Positions 48,477 to 58,050 of a DNA stretch of 64,000 nucleotides are shown piece by piece. The notes below the pieces were generated by a model. It had not been told where the DNA came from. It saw only the letters and a list, made by a program, of their open reading frames with translations, and made no database searches. Origin of the DNA: Patescibacteria group bacterium (GTDB lineage: Bacteria; Patescibacteriota; Gracilibacteria; UBA4473); NCBI GenBank assembly GCA_965660445.1, contig CBFIAK010000001.1, forward strand, positions 576,001 through 640,000, read 5' to 3'. Each line of letters starts with the position of its first letter. Within the stretch, counting starts at the first letter, position 1. Both the position numbers and the translations under genes were made by a program.

Positions 48477-49106
48477 TTAGTGGGAAGAGAGATAATCAGA
48501 AACTCCTTTGTTATCGGCTTTCATTGCGTCTTTGCCTTGGCTCCAGTTTGCGGGGCAAACTTCGCCATTTTTTTCAAAATGTTGAAGCGCATCAACTATA
48601 CGTACAGCTTCTTCTACATTTCGTCCTAGGGGCATATCATTCACAAGTGCGTGTCGAATAATACCTTCTTTATCGATCAAAAAGAGTCCACGGTAGGCAA
48701 CGAGTTCACCAGTGATAGTTTCAAAACCATCTTCATCATATTCAATCCCAGCGAGTACACCGTATTCTCGAGAAATAGTTTTATTTGTATCAGCCACAAG
48801 TGGGTAAGTAACTCCCTCGATACCACCTTTATTTTTTGGGGTATTTAACCATGCATAATGAGAGAACTCTTGATCTGTTGAAACACCGATTACTTCAACA
48901 TTTCTTTTTTTGAATTCTTCGAGTTTTTCTTGAAAAGCATGAAGTTCTGTTGGACAGACAAATGTAAAATCTTTTGGATAAAAGAAAAGAAGAATATATT
49001 TCTTTCCGTGGAATGGTGCGAGTGAGAAATTCTCGATAATCTCATTTCCGTTTATAACAGCATTTGCTGAAAATTGTGGTGCCTTAAGGCCAACAAGTGT
49101 TTGCAT
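48477..49106 (-). CDS. ahpC: 2-Cys peroxiredoxin AhpC
   Basis: FFYPKDFTFVCPTE, GRNVEE..R..DALQ, GEVCPANW. Confidence 0.96.
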   Translation of the reverse strand: MQTLVGLKAPQFSANAVINGNEIIENFSLAPFHGKKYILLFFYPKDFTFVCPTELHAFQEKLEEFKKRNVEVIGVSTDQEFSHYAWLNTPKNKGGIEGVTYPLVADTNKTISREYGVLAGIEYDEDGFETITGELVAYRGLFLIDKEGIIRHALVNDMPLGRNVEEAVRIVDALQHFEKNGEVCPANWSQGKDAMKADNKGVSDYLSSH

Positions 49107-49143
49107 AATAAATAATGGGTTAAAAAATGAATTGATTCAAATT

Positions 49144-49158
49144 TTAGAATCATTCTTA
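49144..49158. promoter_or_regulatory. Per-box-like operator upstream of ahpC
   Basis: TTAGAAT-C-ATTCTTA, a 7-1-7 inverted repeat resembling the TTATAATnATTATAA Per box. Confidence 0.65.
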
Positions 49159-49273
49159 TATTCACGAAAACAAGATAGAAAGTCAAATCTTTATTTTCTA
49201 TTGATATGTAAATTTCAATCTTTGACTTTTCAAAAAAGTATGTTATAATTATAAAAAATAAACACAGAAAAAC

Positions 49274-49948
49274 ATGCTATTTCATTCCGTGTCTCGGTAT
49301 ATCATTCCGAAAAAAGTCTATAATTATTGTCGAATGTGTCGACATAAGAATAAGAACATACAAAATAAACATATTTTGCTTATTTATATTATGGCAATAA
49401 ATGTTCTTTTTCAAGGTATTATTGATGTGGTTCTTAAATTTGTAGGATATGCAGGGATGCTTGTGTTTCCCTATCGTGTGGATTTTCTATTTTTAACAGC
49501 TATTTCAGTGCTTCTTGGATGGCAGTCACTTAAAAGTATGAAAAGTGGGAATGTTGATACGACAAAAAATAACCTCACCCTGAGTTGTTTAGTAGAAATA
49601 AGTTTAGTGGTAGGGGATGTTTATTTTATTTTTAAAAATCTTCAAGTTCTTGCTTATGTAAGTGTTGTTCGTATGCCATTTGTGATATTGACAGCTTTAA
49701 ATATAGTACTGCTTCTTCTTGTTATGAGAGACTTGCAATTTTACAAATTTTTTGAGTATCGAGTCGATCGGTTTCTATCACGCGTTTGTATTCCGTTTTT
49801 CTTAAGTTTTGGTTTGTTCTCGTCAACACTTCTTGGGTATGCAGCAGATGATAAACTTTTTGATAATCATCATATGTCTCCTAAAAAAGATATACAACAT
49901 CATTTATATCACCGTCGACGAGAAGTTATAGAAGATCTTGGGTTGTAA
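49274..49948 (+). CDS. Hypothetical membrane protein (start may be 49391)
   Basis: 4-5 hydrophobic helices; TTGACT-N16-TATAAT at 49222-49249. Confidence 0.65.
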   Translation: MLFHSVSRYIIPKKVYNYCRMCRHKNKNIQNKHILLIYIMAINVLFQGIIDVVLKFVGYAGMLVFPYRVDFLFLTAISVLLGWQSLKSMKSGNVDTTKNNLTLSCLVEISLVVGDVYFIFKNLQVLAYVSVVRMPFVILTALNIVLLLLVMRDLQFYKFFEYRVDRFLSRVCIPFFLSFGLFSSTLLGYAADDKLFDNHHMSPKKDIQHHLYHRRREVIEDLGL

Positions 49949-49973
49949 GAAAATATGTTTCGATATACATGTT

Positions 49974-50435
49974 TTAATTGAGCATCAAAAGACTCCCAGT
50001 CAGTAAAGTCGCAAAACTAACCCATACCAAATAAGGAATAAACCAATAGGCTAAAGATTCTTCTATCTTCCCACACCAATACATTGTATATCCAATACCT
50101 ACCAATAAAATCAGTATTTCTACAAAAGCCCATAGAATTTGTTCCATACCAAAAAATAAAAACGACCACCCAACATTAAGTCCTAATTGAAGAAAGAACC
50201 ATCGTAATGCGTTGGTTCTTTCTTTGGAAAGAGGCGCATAAAAAAGTTTCCAAAGAATGTATCCCATTATTCCATACAGAAGTGTCCACACAGGCGCAAA
50301 AACAAACGATGGGGGATTAAACCATGGTTTTTCAAGAGATTGATACCACAATGTATCTCCAGACCCCGAAAGAGTTCCTGCAATTCCGCAGAGCTGACAA
50401 AAAAGAATGCAACCGAAGAGAGAAATTTTTTTCAT
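49974..50435 (-). CDS. tspO: TspO/MBR tryptophan-rich sensory protein
   Basis: WY.SLEKPWFNPP..VFAPVWTLLY..MG, QL.LN..WSFLFFG, PYL.WVSFA..L. Confidence 0.93.
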   Translation of the reverse strand: MKKISLFGCILFCQLCGIAGTLSGSGDTLWYQSLEKPWFNPPSFVFAPVWTLLYGIMGYILWKLFYAPLSKERTNALRWFFLQLGLNVGWSFLFFGMEQILWAFVEILILLVGIGYTMYWCGKIEESLAYWFIPYLVWVSFATLLTGSLLMLN

Positions 50436-51748
50436 GAAAAAGAAAATAATGATTTTTTATATGTTTCAATAGCTTTTATTCGAGCTTGGTTGTGATCAAC
50501 CATTGGTTTTGGATACTTATGTGTACCATATTCTTCTACCCAACGATGAATATATTTTTTCTCTGGATCAAACTTTTTCTGTTGTGCTTCAGGGTTAAAC
50601 ACTCTGAAATACGGAGCTGCATCGCACCCCGTTCCTGCAGCCCATTGCCAACCTCCGTTATTAGAAGCTAAATCAAAATCGAGGAGTTTTTGAGCAAAAT
50701 ATCGTTCTCCCCATTGCCAATGAATGAGTAAGTGTTTACATAAAAAACTGGCGGTTACCATACGAGCTCTATTATGCATAAAACCAGTGGTATTAAGTTC
50801 TCGCATGCCAGCATCTACAAGTGGATAACCAGTGCGTCCTTCGCACCAACGAACAAACCATTCTTTATTGTTTTCCCATAAAATATGATCATACTTTTTT
50901 TTAAATGCGCCTTTTGTGACATGCGGAAAATGAGAAAGTATCATCTGATAAAAATCTCTCCAAATAAGTTCGTTTACAAAAATTTCGTTTTTTTGAAGTG
51001 CTTCTGTGAGGAGTTCACGAATACTTATAATACCAAATCGCAGATATATGCCAGATTTTGATGTTCCTTTTTGATGCTCAAGATCGTCTCTTGTTTTATC
51101 ATAGTGGGCAATGCATTCAGATGGTATTGTATACGCAATAGAAGGTGTAAGAGGAGAGTGTTGAAACCCAAGAGATTGCAAAGATGGAATATTATGAGTG
51201 TGAAATGGAAAAAGAGAGTTGAGGCAATCTTCACTCTTATACGCTGTATATTCTTGTGGAGTAAGATTTTTCTTCCATGTGCGAGAGTACGGTGTAAATA
51301 TTGTATAAGGATTCCCATCAGGTTTGACGATTTCTTTTTCTTCAAAAAGAACATGGTCTTTAAATCTATAAAATGGAATGTTTTTGTCTTTTAAGAATGC
51401 TTCGATTTCATTATCTCTTTTTTTCGCATATGGTTCATAGTCATTATTTGTATAAACAGCTTTTATCTTATATTCTGTGATTAACTCTTTCCATATTGTT
51501 TCAGGAAATCCGTATCTGATGTCTATGTCGCTTTTATAGTTTCTAATTTTGTTTTTTAAATCAGTGAGTGCCTTATGAATAAATTCTACACGAGCATCGT
51601 CTTGTGGAAGGGGATCAAGAATATGTCGGTCAAAAATAAAAAGAGGGATTACTGCGTATCCGCTGTTCAGTGCTTTATAAAAACCATGGTTGTCATGAAG
51701 CCGTATATCTCGACGAAACCAAAACACGACACATTCAGTTTTTTTCAT
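50432..51748 (-). CDS. phrB: Deoxyribodipyrimidine (CPD) photolyase
   Basis: WFRRDIRLHDN, ELIWRDFY, GRTGYPLVDAGMREL..TGFMHNRARM, NNGGWQW.AGTGCDAAPYFRVFNP. Confidence 0.95.
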   Translation of the reverse strand: MKKTECVVFWFRRDIRLHDNHGFYKALNSGYAVIPLFIFDRHILDPLPQDDARVEFIHKALTDLKNKIRNYKSDIDIRYGFPETIWKELITEYKIKAVYTNNDYEPYAKKRDNEIEAFLKDKNIPFYRFKDHVLFEEKEIVKPDGNPYTIFTPYSRTWKKNLTPQEYTAYKSEDCLNSLFPFHTHNIPSLQSLGFQHSPLTPSIAYTIPSECIAHYDKTRDDLEHQKGTSKSGIYLRFGIISIRELLTEALQKNEIFVNELIWRDFYQMILSHFPHVTKGAFKKKYDHILWENNKEWFVRWCEGRTGYPLVDAGMRELNTTGFMHNRARMVTASFLCKHLLIHWQWGERYFAQKLLDFDLASNNGGWQWAAGTGCDAAPYFRVFNPEAQQKKFDPEKKYIHRWVEEYGTHKYPKPMVDHNQARIKAIETYKKSLFSFS

Positions 51749-51794
51749 TCGAATGAAAGTATAGTGTGTTTTCTATAAAAAAAGAAAAAAAAGA

Positions 51795-51822
51795 TGTTAC
51801 CTTTTCGTGTTTCGTTCGTATA
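51795..51822 (+). promoter_or_regulatory. ECF autoregulatory promoter candidate (second sigma)
   Basis: TGTTAC-N16-CGTATA. Confidence 0.5.
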
Positions 51823-51865
51823 TACTATGCGAGAGATATCTTTCATTTCTTAATAAACACCCACA

Positions 51866-52441
51866 ATGCAGACACTTGTAGATGAGTCTCTTGTCGATCA
51901 CATGCAGACAACAAGAGCATACGACCGTTTTGATGAGTTATATGAGCGCTATGTTCAGAATATTTATGGTTTTATAGCACGACAAGTGTGGGATACTCAA
52001 AACGCTGAAGATTTAACCAGTCAAACATTTATGAAAGCCTTAGAATCTATTGATCACTATGATTCTACGAAAAGTGCTTTTAAAACATGGCTCTTTCGTA
52101 TTGCACGAAATACAGTGTATGACTTTTTACGAACACATCATAATATGCATGATATTCATCAATACACTCAACATTTGATGTCTTGTAGTGATATTGAAAA
52201 AACAGTTCTGCAGCGTGAAGTGTTATCGCAAGTACAAACCATACTCAAAACATTGTCTCCACAAGCTCAAGAAATTGTCCGTCTTCGCGTATGGGAAGAT
52301 TTATCTTTTTCAGAGATTGCCCATATTATGGGAAAAACAGAAGAAAGTGTAAAAATGAGTTTTTCTCGGAGTATGCGTCAGCTAAAAAACAGAATGCCTG
52401 AATTTATGGCACTTTCTTACCTCTTAATTTCTACCGTATGA
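51866..52441 (+). CDS. ECF RNA polymerase sigma factor
   Basis: AEDLTSQTFMKA, FKTWLFRIARN...D, LS..EIA..MGK.E..VK....R. Confidence 0.93.
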   Translation: MQTLVDESLVDHMQTTRAYDRFDELYERYVQNIYGFIARQVWDTQNAEDLTSQTFMKALESIDHYDSTKSAFKTWLFRIARNTVYDFLRTHHNMHDIHQYTQHLMSCSDIEKTVLQREVLSQVQTILKTLSPQAQEIVRLRVWEDLSFSEIAHIMGKTEESVKMSFSRSMRQLKNRMPEFMALSYLLISTV

Positions 52442-54012
52442 AACAACAATATAATGACATAATTCAGCAAATTATAGATGCTGATCCATCTCTTAAAGGG
52501 CATGAAGACGAATTACGTCGTATCATCCAAAAGATGAAAGATATACGACCTTCTCTTGTTCCTGATGAAGAGTTTATTGCTTATGCAAAAGCTGAACTTC
52601 AAAAAAAATCAGTTCAGAAATCAAATACTTCTCAGTTTTCTTTTTCTTATTTCTTATCTCTTTTTTCTATGAAACCTTTTCTCTATACCGTCTGTGGATT
52701 ACTACTCGGTGTCCTTATTATGCCACTGTGGCAGTATAATGAATCAGTCGATGATATATCGGTGGTAAAAGAATCACCAAACAAAACACAAAAAATAGTA
52801 CCAGATTCTCAATTAAAAAACGACGACGCAACAGAAGCCAGTGTGAATATTATTCCGGCTACGAACGATGAAGTTCTTGAGTTTGATGGTGAAAATGCGG
52901 TTGCTCATGAAACGCGTGCACAAAGTGGCGGTGGTTATGGAGGTGGGGGAATGGATGCGTCTATGAGCTCTCGAATGGTTATGCCTCCGAATCATGATAT
53001 AACTCAAAAATTTGATTTTGTATATGAGGGTGAAATACCAGCGATTGATGATGTGCAAATTGTACTTGAACGTATAAAAGATAATAGTCCAGAATTAGTG
53101 TCGTCGAATAATGGCATAGAATTTCCATTTATTTCTTTGAATGCCTTTGAAAACCTCGAAATTGAAAATATTAGTTATCAACAAAACAAAGAGTTTGGAT
53201 ACACGTTTTATTATAATACCCATGATAAAAGTGTGAATGTACAGAAGAACTGGAAACAATGGCCAAATGTTTATGCGGACTGTTTTACAGATGCGTGTCA
53301 TGAAAAACTTCGTCTTACAGAAGAAGATCTTCTTCCTAATAACGAAGCAATAGAGCTTGCTCAAAATTTCTTAGATTCTTTAGGTGTCGATATGTCGTCA
53401 TATGGTCAACCAGAAGTTGATAACCAATGGAGAATGCACCAACCACAGCCACTGACTTGGGTTCCTGATCAGATAAGCGTTGTGTATCCATTGCAAATAG
53501 AAGGGAAAGATGTGTATCAACAATGGCAAGGAAAATCAGGAATACGAGTTGATATTGATATTCGTCATAAAAAAGCAGCAAGTGCCTATCCTATTCGAGA
53601 CGAAAATTTTAAAGAAGTGCGATATGCAGGAGTTTCACAACGAGTATTTGAAGAAATGATTGAAAGTGGTGGGCTTGTTGGTGGCTTTCCTCAGCCACTT
53701 GATGAGGAAGATGAAAAAGAAAAACTGTATTTATCAGATCCGCAACTTGTTTTGATTGAAACATCCCATTACGATGATCGAACACAAGAAAGCAAACAAC
53801 TGTTTATTCCAGCGTTTCGGTTTACTGTGAAAGATTTACCCCAAGATTATGAAATACGAGGCAATGACGATGTTTTGATTCCGCTTGTTAAAGGATTTTC
53901 TTTGCATCGATCACCTATTGGTATCTATAAAAAAGGTGAAAATGAAAATGATGGAGTGCCAACAGAAAGACCAATGATAGAACCAGCATTGATGAATATG
54001 CAATCTGAGTAA
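52438..54012 (+). CDS. Putative anti-sigma factor with large extracytoplasmic domain
   Basis: ATGA overlap with the sigma gene; short N-terminal helical domain (P..EF......L), one TM, ~420-aa external region. Confidence 0.7.
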   Translation: MKQQYNDIIQQIIDADPSLKGHEDELRRIIQKMKDIRPSLVPDEEFIAYAKAELQKKSVQKSNTSQFSFSYFLSLFSMKPFLYTVCGLLLGVLIMPLWQYNESVDDISVVKESPNKTQKIVPDSQLKNDDATEASVNIIPATNDEVLEFDGENAVAHETRAQSGGGYGGGGMDASMSSRMVMPPNHDITQKFDFVYEGEIPAIDDVQIVLERIKDNSPELVSSNNGIEFPFISLNAFENLEIENISYQQNKEFGYTFYYNTHDKSVNVQKNWKQWPNVYADCFTDACHEKLRLTEEDLLPNNEAIELAQNFLDSLGVDMSSYGQPEVDNQWRMHQPQPLTWVPDQISVVYPLQIEGKDVYQQWQGKSGIRVDIDIRHKKAASAYPIRDENFKEVRYAGVSQRVFEEMIESGGLVGGFPQPLDEEDEKEKLYLSDPQLVLIETSHYDDRTQESKQLFIPAFRFTVKDLPQDYEIRGNDDVLIPLVKGFSLHRSPIGIYKKGENENDGVPTERPMIEPALMNMQSE

Positions 54013-54025
54013 ATATTAAAAAAAG

Positions 54026-54055
54026 AAAAAAAGGAGCTTCTGGCTCCTTTTTTTT
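54026..54055. terminator. Bidirectional terminator
   Basis: AAAAAAAGGAGC-ttctg-GCTCCTTTTTTT. Confidence 0.8.
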
Positions 54056-55241
54056 ATTCACTTCGCAATGCGTCTACAGGATCGAGTCGACTCGCTTTGA
54101 GTGCTGGATAAAATCCAAAAAACAAACCGACAAAAAGAGAAAATAAAAACCCAATTAAAATACCAGTAAGAGAATAAGCAGCTCCAAATTGTTGTAACGC
54201 TTTTATGATTCCTTGTCCGAGGAGAATACCTATGACTCCACCAGTTACACACAACATAATTGCTTCGAGTAAGAACTGAGAAAGTATATCATATTGTCGA
54301 GCACCAATAGCTTTCATTATGCCAATTTCTTTTGTTCGTTCTGCAACGGTCACGAACATAACATTCATAATACCAATACCAGATACCAAAAGCACAATAG
54401 CAGCAACAGATGTGAGTACAAAAGACATTATTTGAGCGGCTTGTGTTGCAGAGGCTACAATTGATCCGGGATCAAATACTCGAAAATCATCTTCTTGGTT
54501 TTCTCTTAAACCATGAAGTTCTCGTAGAATCGAAGATACATCTTCTTCAGCAAGTTTAATTATATCAACATGACGAGCCAGAAAAGTAAGTCTTACCCGA
54601 GCATTTTGACCAAGTATGTTCTTTTCGGCTGTTGTATAGGGTGTATAAAGAGAGTCATCATATGATGTGCCAAAAGAATTCGCACCATTACTCTGTAAAA
54701 CACCAATAACCGTCATTTTTCGACCATTGAGAGTAACGGTTTGTCCAATACTTTGAAGGGGGGCTCGAAAAAGTGTTTCAGCTATATTAAAACCAAGCAC
54801 AACTGATTTTTCTCGCATAGATATATCTATCGGACTAAATAGTCGTCCAGATAATAATTCTAGATTTGCTAGATCAAAAAAGGATTCATCAACTCCCAAG
54901 AGCGATACAGATTCCGATTCACGAGAGTAAGCAACGGTTACGTTTCCTGATAGACTCGCAGATCCAGTGACAAGAAAAGGGGAGTTTTTAAGTACATTTT
55001 CGACATCGTCTATGCTGAGTCTTGATTCAATAGTGGTTCCTCTATTAGGAACAACAATAATAGAAGTAGCGCTTAAGTTTTTAAATTGTTCTGCAATTTG
55101 TTTTTGAGCACCAACTCCAATGCCGACAACGCCAATAACGGTAGAAACCCCTATAATAATACCCAGCATCGAGAGTAAACTTCTTACTTTATTAGCGGTT
55201 ATAGCACTCCATGCCATAGCGATCATTTCAAACGAAATCAT
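54054..55241 (-). CDS. MacB-family ABC transporter permease
   Basis: RSLLSMLGIIIGV, GIGIMNVM.VTV.ERTKEIGI.KAIGA, YPA.KASRLDPVDALRSE. Confidence 0.93.
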   Translation of the reverse strand: MISFEMIAMAWSAITANKVRSLLSMLGIIIGVSTVIGVVGIGVGAQKQIAEQFKNLSATSIIVVPNRGTTIESRLSIDDVENVLKNSPFLVTGSASLSGNVTVAYSRESESVSLLGVDESFFDLANLELLSGRLFSPIDISMREKSVVLGFNIAETLFRAPLQSIGQTVTLNGRKMTVIGVLQSNGANSFGTSYDDSLYTPYTTAEKNILGQNARVRLTFLARHVDIIKLAEEDVSSILRELHGLRENQEDDFRVFDPGSIVASATQAAQIMSFVLTSVAAIVLLVSGIGIMNVMFVTVAERTKEIGIMKAIGARQYDILSQFLLEAIMLCVTGGVIGILLGQGIIKALQQFGAAYSLTGILIGFLFSLFVGLFFGFYPALKASRLDPVDALRSE

Positions 55242-55954
55242 GATTGTAAGGATGAAGGAAGTGTGTAATTTTGGTTTTCTACTAAACCATCTTTCATAAA
55301 AATAATACGGTCAGCATATTGAGCAACATACGGATCATGAGTGACGACGATAATGGTTCTTCCTTCTTTTTGAAGTTCTAGAAAAAGAGCAAGTATTTCT
55401 TTTCCAGTCTGTGAATCAAGAGCTCCTGTTGGTTCGTCAGCTAAAAGTATTTCTGGATCATTCATAAGAGATCGAGCAATAGAAACTCGTTGTTGTTGTC
55501 CTCCAGAGAGTTCAGTTGGGCGATGATGTATTCGGTCTTCAAGTCCCATTCGAGAAAGAAGATCTTTTGCTTTCTTTTCTCGGTTTTGTTTTGATTGTTG
55601 TGCATAAAAACCAGGAAGTGCCACATTTTTGAGGGCCGATAGCTTTGAAATAAGATTAAATTGTTGAAATACAAACCCCATTTTTTGGTTTCGAATAAAA
55701 GACAATGTGTAGTCATCACGCACATGTCCAATATCTTCTCCGTTGAGTATGTATTCACCTGCAGATAAAGAATGGAGGCATCCAATAATATTCATGAGTG
55801 TTGATTTTCCACCTCCAGATTCTCCCATAATAGCCACAAATTCACCACGTTTTATTTCAGCGTTTACACCAAAAAGTACAGGGATCTCTTCTCCGTTTCC
55901 TAAAAAATAAGATTTTTGTACATTTTTCAGTTGTATAAGTGCTGTTTTATTCAT
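55238..55954 (-). CDS. ABC transporter ATP-binding protein (MacB/LolD type)
   Basis: Walker A GESGGGKST, LSGGQQQRV, ILLADEPTGALD. Confidence 0.95.
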   Translation of the reverse strand: MNKTALIQLKNVQKSYFLGNGEEIPVLFGVNAEIKRGEFVAIMGESGGGKSTLMNIIGCLHSLSAGEYILNGEDIGHVRDDYTLSFIRNQKMGFVFQQFNLISKLSALKNVALPGFYAQQSKQNREKKAKDLLSRMGLEDRIHHRPTELSGGQQQRVSIARSLMNDPEILLADEPTGALDSQTGKEILALFLELQKEGRTIIVVTHDPYVAQYADRIIFMKDGLVENQNYTLPSSLQS

Positions 55955-55968
55955 AAATAAGGAAGAAA

Positions 55969-57891
55969 TTATCGTCTTCGAGTTCCACCAAAATTGAAAC
56001 CAGATCCTTCAGAATTTGATTCCTGATGATTTTTAATTTTTTCTCTCATTTCATCAGTGAAGTTTCCGTTTTGGATTTGTTGAATATCTTGATCAGAAAG
56101 CCCTGCTGATTTCATGTTTTCAATTCTTTGTGGAGAGAGCGTTTGTGGTTTTGTGTCTTGAAGTGTATTGGAATTTAATTGAGATTCAGAAACAGAATTA
56201 TTGAGTTCAAGAGGAAACGGATTTTTTATGCGATCATTTTCTTGAAGACCTTCAAGAACTTCTACATATTGCCCATCATCAACACCTGTTTTTATGTCTC
56301 TTATTTCACCATTTTCAAGTATGACTGTATTTTGTGCTGAAACTGATTCAATGGGAATCGTAAGTGTGTTTTCAGATTGTACTTCAATAAAATCAACATA
56401 GGCACTCATTCCTTCTCGAATTGGAGCATCATAATCTTCGGTTATTTTTATCCGTACCAAATACGTCACAATACCGTTGTTATCAATCTGAGCAATACTA
56501 GAAATAAAAGACACTTCGCCTTCTAGTGTTACATCAGCAATAGCATCAAGGGTTATGCGTACTGATTGTCCAAGGAATATTCGGGCAATATCAACTTCTT
56601 CAACAAAGACTTCTGTTGTAAAATTTGAAGCACTGATAATTTTTATAAAGGCATTATCGCTATTTGTTGTTTCTGCTTTTAAACTTTCTCCTTTGCTTCC
56701 ATTAACTTCAATAACAACTCCATCAATGGGGGATGTGAGGCGAGCAAGGCTCATATTGTATTCTGCTTTTTCAACTCTTAATTTTGCTTGCTCGAGTCGT
56801 GCATATTCAATAGAGAGTCCAGTTTCTTTTGAAATACGTCTTTCATTTGTTGTTTCTTCACTGTTTTGAAGCGCAATAAGAGCTGATTCGATATTTTTTT
56901 GTTCCTGAGAAATTATATTTTGCTGATTTAATTGTGCTGATTCAATAGATTGAATGTTTTGAGTAATGGTGTTCTGTAAGTTATTTATTGTTTGTAATGA
57001 GTTTTGTATATCATCTCGAGCGGTATTGATTTGAGGTTCTGATATTCGTGTATTTGAAACAGCAGTTTGAAAAAGATCGATCATAGACATTAAGAGTGTA
57101 TATGTTTGATCGAGCAATATTTGCGTATCAAGAATATGTTTACTCATCGTATGGTATTCAAGCATTGTGCTCGGTGTTACGCGTTTTGATATATCATTGC
57201 TATAACGAGTAATAGATTCATGCATTTGAATAATGAGACTTTCGGTTATAGAATCATGAAAAGCGATATTGCGAATTGTTTCTTCTGGGTAATGTCTTTT
57301 GATTCCCATGATTTGATCTATACGAACAAGAATATTGTTTACTTCAGAAATACTTTTTTGAAGTGTTGTTTGGGTCGTTTCAAATGCTTGATCTTGATTT
57401 TTTTGAGCTTCCTTTTGCGCGTTTTCTTTTTGTGTATATGCCTTTTCAAGATTCTGTTGCGTCGTTCTGATGTCAGTCTCAGTTACACCAGCTTTTTTTG
57501 CCTCAATAGTTGCTTGTGCTATAGCAACATCGTTTTTTGCAGACCGAAGATCAAAAAGAAGATCCTGAGTATCAAGCTGTGCTAAGAGTTGACCTTGTGT
57601 AACATTTTCGCCTTCTTGTACGAATATTTCATCAAGTGTCCCATTGATAAAAAAAGAAAGGTTGGCGATATCAGGATTGATGATATTTCCATCAGAGGAA
57701 ACAAAACGTTCAATTGTTTTTCTCTGAACGGTGTGTATTTCTGTATCTTGAGCTTTATCAATCGTTTCTTTTTTCTGAATGGTAATAAAGAGAAGAAAAA
57801 CAAAGATTATGATAAAAATTCCCCAAAGAAGAATCTTATTTCGTTTTTTAATCTTACTTTCTTTCAGAAGGGATTGTTTAGGCGTAGACAT
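55969..57891 (-). CDS. MacA/HlyD-type membrane fusion protein with long coiled coil
   Basis: N-terminal TM; V.EGENV..GQLLA.LD and L.SPIDGVV lipoyl halves; V.E.DI..I..GQ.V.IT.DA; TG.DDG.YVEVL.GL. Confidence 0.88.
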   Translation of the reverse strand: MSTPKQSLLKESKIKKRNKILLWGIFIIIFVFLLFITIQKKETIDKAQDTEIHTVQRKTIERFVSSDGNIINPDIANLSFFINGTLDEIFVQEGENVTQGQLLAQLDTQDLLFDLRSAKNDVAIAQATIEAKKAGVTETDIRTTQQNLEKAYTQKENAQKEAQKNQDQAFETTQTTLQKSISEVNNILVRIDQIMGIKRHYPEETIRNIAFHDSITESLIIQMHESITRYSNDISKRVTPSTMLEYHTMSKHILDTQILLDQTYTLLMSMIDLFQTAVSNTRISEPQINTARDDIQNSLQTINNLQNTITQNIQSIESAQLNQQNIISQEQKNIESALIALQNSEETTNERRISKETGLSIEYARLEQAKLRVEKAEYNMSLARLTSPIDGVVIEVNGSKGESLKAETTNSDNAFIKIISASNFTTEVFVEEVDIARIFLGQSVRITLDAIADVTLEGEVSFISSIAQIDNNGIVTYLVRIKITEDYDAPIREGMSAYVDFIEVQSENTLTIPIESVSAQNTVILENGEIRDIKTGVDDGQYVEVLEGLQENDRIKNPFPLELNNSVSESQLNSNTLQDTKPQTLSPQRIENMKSAGLSDQDIQQIQNGNFTDEMREKIKNHQESNSEGSGFNFGGTRRR

Positions 57892-58050
57892 ATTTATTCT
57901 TTATATAAAAACAACATAAAACTATTAAAAATCAATAAAAGTGCAAGTTTTTTTGAGTATTTTTATAAGATGCAAGGGTGTGTATTTGTCTTTTTTTATT
58001 GACCGATTCATTATTTTGTGTAGAGTCTGGTTCTTATTAGTGATTTATTC

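Noticed and set aside
41002-55241. Genetic code 25 (TGA=Gly), as in some Gracilibacteria
   Set aside because: Conserved genes are intact under code 11, and TGA ends genes at ATGA overlaps (41002, 50432, 52438, 55238)
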